Virus record (IMG/VR): IMGVR_UViG_3300045125_000156
Length of the DNA: 64,000 bases
DNA from: a virus
Strand: one strand, 5' to 3'
Shown piece after piece: positions 55,911-64,000 of this stretch. Under the pieces are notes generated by a model. It worked only from the letters and a program-made list of their open reading frames with translations. It made no database searches and was not told the origin of the DNA. The position numbers and the translations under genes are program-made. How positions within the stretch are numbered: position 1 is the first letter of the stretch; each line of letters starts with the position of its first letter.

Positions 55911-56971
55911 CTAAAAAAGGATCGAGCTCGTGATTGTGATTGTGCCGGAGCAGCCCCCGTGGCCGCAGGCGCAGGCGCAGGCTGGGCTCGGCGGGCGGGC
56001 GGGTGGGGCGGCTCTCGGCGGCGCAGGCGCAGGCTGTGGGGCGGCTCTCGGCGGCGCAGGCGCAGGCTGTGGGGCGGCTGTCGGCGGCGCAGGCGCAGGC
56101 TGTGGGGCGGCTGTCGGCGGCGCAGGCGCAGGCTGTGGGGCGGCTGTCGCGCGGTTTCGAATAAGCTTATTGTAATAATCTGGCTGATCCCGCAGTTGAG
56201 GTAAGGGATAGCCCCGCATATGGTTAATTTCCGCAAAGAAAGGGTCGTCCAGCCCCTTCACGAATGACTTTTCAACGCGGCCCCTGTTACCTCCGGGGTC
56301 CAAGGCAGATACCGGCGCCCCCAAAAAGTCAATCGCCACGATTCGCCCATCGGGGGTAACCTTAAGGTTGTGCGCCGCGAGATCCGCAGGCGCATGACCC
56401 TGTCGAGTGTAGTTACGAACCGCCTCGTTCATGAAAGCTTCAGCTTTTTCGCGAGTGAGGTTATTGAACTCTGTTCATGTCCCGCCCCGGAACAAACTCG
56501 CATAAAGGCTGGGGCTTGCATCCCATCTACTTGGCGCGGGCTGAGCTCATAGTGGATCTTGGCTAAGTGTGGATTGTCATGGCCAACAAATTTCCTTTTT
56601 CCTCAAGTATCGCATCGGAATAAAGGCCGGCGGTAGGGTCATGAACTTTCAAAACCCCCATGCCCTGCCGGCCCAGGGCTGGATATGCGACCCCTTCACC
56701 GCCATGCCCAAGCGCTTTTCCAACTTCAGCGAGATCGCGGCCGGACATGATTTTCTTGATAGCGTCTGAGCCAAGCGCTTGCCTCAATTACCGCCTCTGG
56801 ATGTGCGGGGGCCCCTGGCACATGCTTCGAGCGCGCTATCACATCACTGATCGGCCCTCTTGTGCCAAGTAGTTTTCTGAGCTCTTTAACTCCACGCCTC
56901 GCCCCATGCTTTGAGAGCCCGTAGCGCGCGAGCGTGGCCTCATAGGCGGCTAATTTTATGGCTGCTGACAT
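55911..56971 (-). CDS. Protein kinase-like protein with K-x-A leader and Pro/Ala tail, frameshifted
   Basis: LGHGGEGVAY (Gly loop), GVLKVH (VAIK Lys), H..ADLAAHNL (catalytic loop) and IDF (DFG-like), in the correct order. Confidence 0.75.
56005..56149 (-). repeat. 33-nt coding tandem repeat, about 4.4 copies (TAAPQPAPAPP)
   Basis: ggggcggct(c/g)tcggcggcgcaggcgcaggctgt unit in tandem without spacers. Confidence 0.9.
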
Positions 56972-56987
56972 AGGGGCCCCTTCAAAC

Positions 56988-57794
56988 TTAGGCTGTTCGA
57001 CGAACAACCCTCAACGCGTGAAGCTCGCCGCACTGCTCGATGCCGAGCCACGCGGAGTCGATCCACACTTCCCCGCCGCTGCCCCACGCCGGCCCCCAGG
57101 AGTTGCGCACGCGGAACTGCAATCCGTTGTCGTCGCGTTGGTAGCCGACGAGGCACACGGCGTGGCCGCCGCGCACATCGCCTTCTGGCGCCGGGATAAC
57201 TTCCTCGGGGCGGTTCCACTGATTGGTAATCCGAATGCCAACCACTACCGGATGCCCACAGAGAATCTCCCAGACCACGGTTGTCAGGTCGTGCGCCACG
57301 GGCTCCGCGTTGATGAGGCGCGGAGCAGTTTCGCTCAAAGGTAGCGGCGGCATCGTGTACGTCGCGTCAAAGACGTCCGACGGCTCTCGGGTTTCGGTCT
57401 CCCAGCCTTTGCGCAGCGCCTCGATGCCGTCCGCGATAATACCGCCAGAGTCTTCGCCGACCGTTCCAATCGCTTGACGCACACGGCGATAGAGCGACGT
57501 GCGATCAGGGCGGTCCTGAGGAAGACTCTGCCGCTCCGAAAGGATTTCGATGGCGAAAGCGAGCGACTGCGCGACGCAGCTTCCGACCGCGCCCTGGTCA
57601 TACACGGTCTGCGGAATGTGCAGGCGGACGTGCTTGGCAAAGCCATCAAGATGCCGGCCCGGGCGCATGGTGTAGCCCTTGTGCGGGCGCGGCCATAACG
57701 CTCCGGAGGAGACCAACCAAGCGGGCGGTTCATTGACCGCCACCGTCAGCAGGGTGAAGATCGTTGAGAACCGGGGAAAGCGGACGGCGCTCAC
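56988..57794 (-). CDS. Papain-family (C1) cysteine peptidase
   Basis: DQGAVGSCVA (Gln, Cys), GGHAVCLVGY (His) and RNSWG..WG (Asn). Confidence 0.9.
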   Translation of the reverse strand: MSAVRFPRFSTIFTLLTVAVNEPPAWLVSSGALWPRPHKGYTMRPGRHLDGFAKHVRLHIPQTVYDQGAVGSCVAQSLAFAIEILSERQSLPQDRPDRTSLYRRVRQAIGTVGEDSGGIIADGIEALRKGWETETREPSDVFDATYTMPPLPLSETAPRLINAEPVAHDLTTVVWEILCGHPVVVGIRITNQWNRPEEVIPAPEGDVRGGHAVCLVGYQRDDNGLQFRVRNSWGPAWGSGGEVWIDSAWLGIEQCGELHALRVVRRTA

Positions 57795-58299
57795 CGAGCG
57801 TGCGAAGTTCGTCGTTGGCGTGCTGCCCGGCGCTTGACCAGCCGGCGTCCGACGGACAAGCAGGGACCAGAAGGTCGATCACGCTCCCGAGCGAGTCCAC
57901 GACGCCGCCGAGCGTGTTGCCAATGGCGATGCCGTTGTCCGCGAGCACGCGCGCGAGCCCGAAGCGTGCGCTGCACGCCCCAGCAGCCGCATTGGCGAGG
58001 CACTGTTCACCGCCACGCTGCTCGTAGACGTCGATGGCGGACTGAGCTCTCGGGCCGCGTCCGTTACGGCGTCAAGGGCGCGGGCGACCTGCGTCTTGGC
58101 CGGATCCGAAAGAAGGCTATTGGTAATGAGCTCGCCGCCGGCACCGCCCAATGGATCACGTCTCAAGCGCTTGACGCGCCGTGAAGGTCCAGCCTGAAGG
58201 CGTTACCGCCGGGCCGCCGTCAACGGGCGGGTGGGGACCCGGGCAACCAACGAAAAGGGCGCCGCCAAGGGCGAGCGCGAGAAGGCTTTTACGCAGCAT
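57791..58299 (-). CDS. Lipoprotein, frameshifted
   Basis: Signal peptide MLRKSLLALALGGALFVG|C with lipobox; AGGAG SD. Confidence 0.7.
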
Positions 58300-58306
58300 G
58301 GGGCTC

Positions 58307-58530
58307 CTAGTTGGCGAGACGCACGCGCGTCTCCGGTTCGAGCGAAGATCCTGTCGCCTCCAGAGGCTCGTCGGCTTCCCGGATTCGCCCGAGGTCGCGC
58401 GCACGATGGCAACGGAGACGGCGCAGGCTGCCGCAAGTTCGTCGACTCGACAACCCTTGGGGCTGGATTCGAGAATTCGAAGAAGCTTGACGACAGCGCG
58501 CCTGGGCGCGGAGGCAGATTTCACGCCGTG
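58307..58530 (-). CDS. Small winged-HTH protein
   Basis: LLRILESSPKGCRVDELAAACAVS resembles an HTH_11-type N-terminus. Confidence 0.45.
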
Positions 58531-61500
58531 ACAATCCCTTCGATTACCGCACCAGCCGGAATGCCTCCGATGCTCGTCGCGTTTCCACGTGTGCCGGCGG
58601 TCGTGCGGTAATAGTAGGTGGTGACCGTGCCGCCCGGGTCGAGCGTCACGCCGTTGCGCGGCGGTGCGCTCCTGCCGCCGAACGCGACGCTGGGGTTGCC
58701 GTGGTGAAGCCGTTGTAGGTGGCCATGAAGACCTCAGCTCAGCGTCGGGGTGGAGGAGTCCCAGGGCACCCAAACGCCCGAGGCGTAGATCCAGTGCGAG
58801 AGCTCCCGTCGACGAGCTTGTCGCCGTTGGCGCGACCGCCGCCACGCTGCACCACCGCAGCCGCGAGCTGTAGCCCACCCACCCGGTCGACGTGCTTGAG
58901 GCGCCCGGACGGGCAACCGGGATCAGGAAGGGCACTTCCTGCCCCCGGAGGGCGTCTGGCCGATCTGCGCGCTCGTCGTGTTCGCGGCGGGCGCGGTTTG
59001 TGAGCCCGACTGGTCGTACAGGATCTGGAACGACACCCGCGCGTTGGCCGCAGCGGGAATCCAGCGCTTTTGAGCGATGATCGAGCCGCCCGCAGTGACC
59101 TGAAATTGCGAGCCCACCGCCGTCAGGCCCGTGCTGTTGTAGTAGCCGACCCAGATGTGTGGGTCGGTGTCCTCGCTCGCCGTGGTGCCGCTGAGCATGG
59201 GCTCGTCGGCGAGGAAGGTCAGCGTGTTACCGCCGCCCAGCGTGATGGCAAAGGCCGTCCATCCGTTGGGGCTCGCGTCGTCGACCGAGACGAACCACCG
59301 GCCGGGCGTCGCGGAGAACAGCGACGCCGCGCCGAAGAGGGCCGTGGCGTCGCTCGCGGTGCCCGCCGTCGTCGCGCTCGGAGAGCCCCCGGTGAAGCCC
59401 GCGATGGAGCGCGACACGGTCCACGTCGCGTCGCCCGAGCCGCGCTGGAAGAGCCACTCGCGCGAGCCGCCCGGTGCGGCCACGGCGGAACCACGGCGCT
59501 TGAGTTGCCGAGATTGCCCGCGCCGCTGCCATATCCGGTGCCGCTGAAGGGGGTGCCCCATAGGGGTTGTTCGTGAGGTTGACGTTATCGGCAGACAATC
59601 CGTTGGTCAACCCGCCAGCGTTTGTCCCGACAAGCCCATCCGACCACCTCTTCACGATCCAGCCGCCCGCGCAGAGCTGCGTGAGCAGGGTGTAGATCGC
59701 GGCAGTGCCGTTCGCCGGGGATGTTGTGTTCGCGATGATGGCCATGTCTCAGCTCCAGGTGATTCGTAGCGCCGCCGAATTCACGACGACGTAGTCCGGC
59801 TGCGGTGCCGCCTGTTACCGACGCACGAAGCCTCGTAGGTCTTCGCTGGACTCGGTGACGAAGGGGTGTGAATGCCGCTGTGTGCGAGGTCGCGGCGGTC
59901 GTGGACGTAACCGAAACCGTAGCGACTGCCGACGCTGCCACGTCTCGATAGACTTGAACCGCCATCGCATCAACTCCACGTCACTCGAAGATTTACGCCG
60001 TAGACGAGGGCATAATCCGCTACCGCCCCGCCTGATTTCTTGAGACGAAGTTCAAACACTTTTGCGGCCGACGGCGCGGCTACGGGTTCAGTGTCAAACG
60101 TTGCCGTTGTTGTCGTGAATGTCGTCGTTGCCGCATCTGCCGCATCCGTAACGTTATACAACGTTATCATACCGGTGACACCTGCAACAACTTGTCCGAT
60201 GAACTCCAGCGAGAGCACCGTCGACTTGTTCGTGATTGCATAGCTGCTGGGGTCGAAATAAATCCCGCCAAGAACAACGTCGACTGTCGAGGTCGTGCTC
60301 GCAGCCGGCGCACAAACAGGCAACAGGATCACCGTTGACGCACGCGGCGTTACCCAGACCAAGATTCTGTACGCGCCGTCGCAACGTCAGCCGACGCGAG
60401 AAAGGTCGAGACGTCAGCGTTGGTCGTGGTGAAGGCGCTAACGCCATCCGAAATGATGGCAGTGCCGGCGGGCTGAGAGCCGAGCTGTGCGTCCAAAACG
60501 TCACTGACGAGATCCCCCGCCAACTTGGTCGTGTAGGACGTCCCGGCGCCGGTGCTAATCAGGACTTCGTCGGCGGCGGTGGCGGTCGGAAACGCCGCGC
60601 CGGCAATCGCCCAGACCGCTGTGGGGTCCTCGTACTCTCCGCTAACAAGGACGAGCCCTTGCCCGGCTTGCAGCGGAGAAACGGCCTCCCCGAGAAACGT
60701 AAGCGCGCCCCGATTGAAGTTCGACGCGCTGATTGGCGTCCGTCGCCCGGGTCAAACCCCACGTAGTGCCATCGTAGGTCGATAGCACGATAGATCCCGG
60801 TGGCCTCATCCGCTGCCGGGGGTCCTGATGCGATCGACGTCGAAACGACCATCACGCGCTACGCGGTTCGTGAGCGCAAGCGGTACGCCGCAGTTTTGAT
60901 TACCAGCTACAAGGAGGTTGTACGACGCGTTGACGATTTCAAGGACGTGCGGGGTGTTGCCGTAATCCCAGCCGACGCCTTTGTCCGTATCCAGAAGCCG
61001 GACTACCGTTCTGGACGCTCTCATGGAAGTCATACCCGCCAGCCGCCGCCGTGATTTGCGTGGCTAGCGACGTCCCATTGAGAAGCGTGCCCGCCGGAAG
61101 ATCAACAGCGGCGTTGAGCTTTATCGCCGGTAATCAGGCCGTTGTCGAGTTGATTGACGTCGGTGATAAGGCCGTCGGAGGCCGTCTTAAAAGAGGTAGC
61201 TCGTGGGCATCTCAGGCCTCCTTTATTGACGCGCTGTAATTCACGGACGTGCCAACGAGCAACTCTATATCAATAACGAGATCACTGCCGGAAATAGTGT
61301 AGACGAGCGGCAGAGGATTATAGATCCCGCCGCCCCCGCTCGTCGACACCACCAGATCGATCTCTGTGGCCGCCGAATCAATCATCGCTCGAAGATAAAC
61401 CGATCTCTGCGGCTGCCGGGCCGGTCTCTTCAAGCGCGAGATTGATCTCTACGTTCCGGTACCCCGTAAAGCCCGTCATGATCCCGGGGAGCGTCACCTG

Positions 61501-61703
61501 GATCGGGCCTGAGGCGTTCAACGCGCCTGTAGTGCGAACGGGCAGTCCCGGAGGCGTTCCCCAGACCGGCTGCGCGCCGTCTGATACGAGCGACTCCCAG
61601 CGGGCGCGATTGGCAGCGGTACCCAATCTGCACCGTCAGACTAAACCAGGTCCCCGGCGGCTTGGCCGGGGATGGCAAAGACAATGGTGCGGCTGATCAG
61701 CAT
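58530..61703 (-). CDS. Cluster of tail-fibre-like or structural genes (about 58530-59745, 59750-61030 and 61212-61703), heavily frameshifted
   Basis: Thr/Gly/Ser-rich beta-strand proteins with repeated TLYNVTD..AT...T.T-type modules. Confidence 0.5.
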
Positions 61704-61969
61704 GCAGGAAGGATAAGATTCACGGCGTGAAAATAAAGCTACCGAGGGATAACTTCGACCGGCACGGGCTGTCGCACCCGATGCATAACATCGATAACGT
61801 CATTCGCGAAGTCACTGAGGTCAGGTGGAAAGTGTAGCTTCGGTTTGGCGCCTTGCCCCGGCACCCCCACCAAAAATTCCGGAAGAAACCGCCCCGGGCG
61901 CTTCAAGTAGTAATTCTTCGCCTGTCGATGGAAAGGCGCGACGCTGAAACAGGGGATTTCCCTCACGCG

Positions 61970-63480
61970 TTAGATAACGCCCGTGGGCTGCCCCAAGAAT
62001 CCCACCGCCAATCCCGCCGAGGGCTGCCCCTCGGAGCCCGCCCTTGAGGCCTTCGCCTTCATCCGCGAGCGCCGTGCCAGGCGATGCCTCCGAGTAGGGC
62101 GCCGCGTAAGGCCGCCCGATCGGATTCCTTGATCAATGTAAAGTGCCCGGAGCTGCCTCAAAGCTTCGGGCGGAAGCGCTGCGTGCTTAGCAAGGCCGAA
62201 GTGCGCGAGCGTGGCATCGATCGCGGCGTCTTCAATCGACGCCTCTTTTTTGTTCTCGTAGCGCTTGAGCAGCGCTTGCCCTTTGCATAGAGCCGGGCGC
62301 GGCCCGCGTCGTCCTGCGGAATTGGCTCGCCCCACGCTTTGGCGCTGAGCGCGCGGCGTGACGGCTCGCCGTTGTCCTTCTTCATGGATCCCGGAGCTCC
62401 GGGGCCGAACATCCGCGAGAGGAAGCTGCCCTTGCGCTTCATCTTCTCGGGGGTATTGGCCGGGCCTTTTACGCCAGGCTTGATGTCATGGCCCTGAGCG
62501 CGAAGCGAGGCGCGGCCCTTGGCGTTAAGCCCGCCTTCGGGGTTTTTACCTTCGGAGCGTTGCCACGCGCCAGAGTCCGAGGCTTGCTTGGGGTAATAAA
62601 GGCTTTGAATCGGTTGTGCGCGGTAAGCCTCAATCGGGACGGTGCGCTCTTCGACGAAAGGCACGCGATTAGATATGAGCCCCGACAATGGATTTACGTA
62701 GAAATTTGAGGCCTCCGAGTCTGTAACCATCTGCAAAAGCGGGCGTCGGCGACCCCGGCGTCAATCCAGAGGGGTTCAGATGATACTGCGTCGCGAACTT
62801 GCTGGCCCCAGTCTTCAGATACTGACTGAGCGCAGAGGTGTATGGGTTCGCCATCGCTTTTCGGGCAGTGTACATGTTGATGTCCCCGCCGTGCTGCTGC
62901 ATCAACATATGGGCAAATGCGTCGCGCTCAGACGGAGACGCCGTGGCCATGAATTTTTTGATCTTGGGGTCCTGCGTTACCAGCTTCTGCATTCGCGGGG
63001 CCTGCAGCATCACGTCCCCGAGCCCCGCCGCTCCGCGTTGGCGCGCCCTGGGGCAGCTTCATCCCGGACATAAACGCCTCAGGCACGGCGGGCATCTCTA
63101 GCGCCCCACGCCCCCGGCCCACTGGCTGCGCTATTGCCGCCTGATGTTGTTTGAGCGCGCTTTCTCCGAAAGTCGGAATGTGCGCGGCTGCCTCTGCCGC
63201 AGACACCGGCGTAAAGACCTGAGACGTACCTCCGGGCGTAGGCTGCAGATGCGGAACCGGCAAGGTTTTGGTCAATGCCGCCGGAAATTGTGCCGTAGGC
63301 GGAATTCTGCGCCGGAGGGTGCAAGAGCTGTGTGGGCAGCCGCGCGGGGAAAGCCGCACGCATCTCTTGGGTCAGAGCGGGTTGTCGGGCCCTCGCCACG
63401 AGACCAGAAAGGGCTTGTCGTGCCTTCTGGAAAGGCTGGGAGAACGAGAAGGCGTCTTTTTCAAAACCGACGTATGCCAT
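61970..63480 (-). CDS. K-x-A-punctuated putative virion protein(s), including a WQRxEGKNPEGGLNxKGR domain
   Basis: MAYVGFEKDAF, PKQASD..AWQRSEGKNPEGGLNAKGRAS, KKEASI and AKHAAL. Confidence 0.6.
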
Positions 63481-63509
63481 ATACAGGTCCTTGTCCTTAT
63501 CATAGGCGC

Positions 63510-64000
63510 ATGCGCGCAACCTACCGGCTCAAGACAGCAGCCCTCGACGCAAAAATGTTGGCGTCAGCCTATCAGTCCGCTTCGCTAGGCGAAGATCCCG
63601 GAACCGTGAGCTTCAAAACTCCTGGCGGGCACACCGTGGTAACACCGTACTCAGAGCAAGCGATTCAACACCAGATGAATCGCTTGGGCGGGAAAAAGCG
63701 TACTACAGGGCCCTGGGCGAATCGCTTCAAGGCGCGGCGAAAGCGCAAGACGCAGCGGTTGAGCGCGCCCGCGACTTAGACGTTGACCTGCGCCGCAGGG
63801 GGAAGGCGGTTGGTGGGCTTTTACTTGGCGGTTTAGGCGGGGCGGCACTCGGCAGCCTTGCGTCCAAAAACCGCAACGCCGGTCTCATCGGCGCGGCGCT
63901 GGGCGGACTTGCCGGCGGCGCCCTCGGGCACCTGTCCCCCACTGCCCGGCAAACTGGCGCAGCCTCCGTCGAGATCGACGAGCTCCCGGAGCTTTATCGG
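63510..64000 (+). CDS. Putative internal virion protein(s) running off the window
   Basis: MRATYRLKTAAL; the last 200 nt encode a glycine zipper (GGLGGAALG..GAALGGLAGGALG). Confidence 0.5.

Larger units (their letters stand above)
1381..61731. repeat. Dispersed 13-bp palindrome TTCAC-N3-GTGAA
   Basis: Exact copies start at 1381, 5362, 7014, 9482, 14897, 17646, 23095, 25818, 27626, 31230, 33992, 39303, 41576, 45647, 49022, 53146 and 61719; near matches at 10989, 21165, 36055, 44358, 55334 and 58520. Confidence 0.93.

Noticed and set aside
56005-56149. CRISPR array
   Set aside because: The 33-nt units are contiguous with no unique spacers and encode an in-frame Pro/Ala linker.
1381-61731. The palindrome as a restriction or methylation site, or as a codon artefact
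   Set aside because: Restriction sites are usually depleted, not strongly enriched, and the motif occurs in different frames, on both coding strands and in intergenic DNA. A HIP1-like mutational origin cannot be excluded without comparative data.
1-64000. Mass pseudogenisation or programmed frameshifting
   Set aside because: Indels hit nearly every long gene, including essential ones (RNAP, capsid, sheath), while motifs on both sides stay intact. This is the pattern of uncorrected long-read errors.
1-64000. Stop-codon reassignment (alternative genetic code)
   Set aside because: The breaks I examined are frame changes, not in-frame TAG or TGA, and intact genes end in all three standard stops.
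1-64000. tRNA or rRNA genes
   Set aside because: No convincing cloverleaf or T-loop/D-loop pairing was found by eye; a tRNAscan-SE run would be needed to exclude them.

Overview
This window is part of a large, GC-rich (about 60-65% by eye) tailed-phage genome of myovirus type. It resembles jumbo phages that encode their own multi-subunit RNA polymerase (mReC-like; inference). From left to right it holds: a replication/regulation block (PD-(D/E)XK nuclease, sigma-70-like factor, ParB/Spo0J-like protein, SNF2-type helicase); a portal-like gene; an RNA polymerase encoded as a beta/beta'-N fusion plus a separate beta'-C gene, with a ferritin-like gene between them; a long run of putative internal virion proteins; a prohead protease interrupted by a LAGLIDADG intein; capsid, neck, sheath, tube and baseplate-spike genes; and accessory genes (MYG1-like, amidase endolysin, thymidine kinase, protein kinase, papain-like protease, tail-fibre-like genes). 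Most long genes are broken by single-base indels, most likely long-read errors, so their spans are reconstructed and approximate. Three signals stand out. (1) The palindrome TTCAC-N3-GTGAA, which has parS-like half-sites and a 3-bp spacer, occurs 17 times exactly and at least 6 times nearly, roughly every 2.7 kb, in a phage that encodes a ParB-like protein. (2) A K-x-A motif pervades the virion proteins and looks like a protease-cleavage or capsid-targeting signal. (3) A pyrophosphatase-like domain is inserted in the RNAP beta subunit and is bracketed by two K-x-A motifs. All counts come from manual reading, not from a computed scan.
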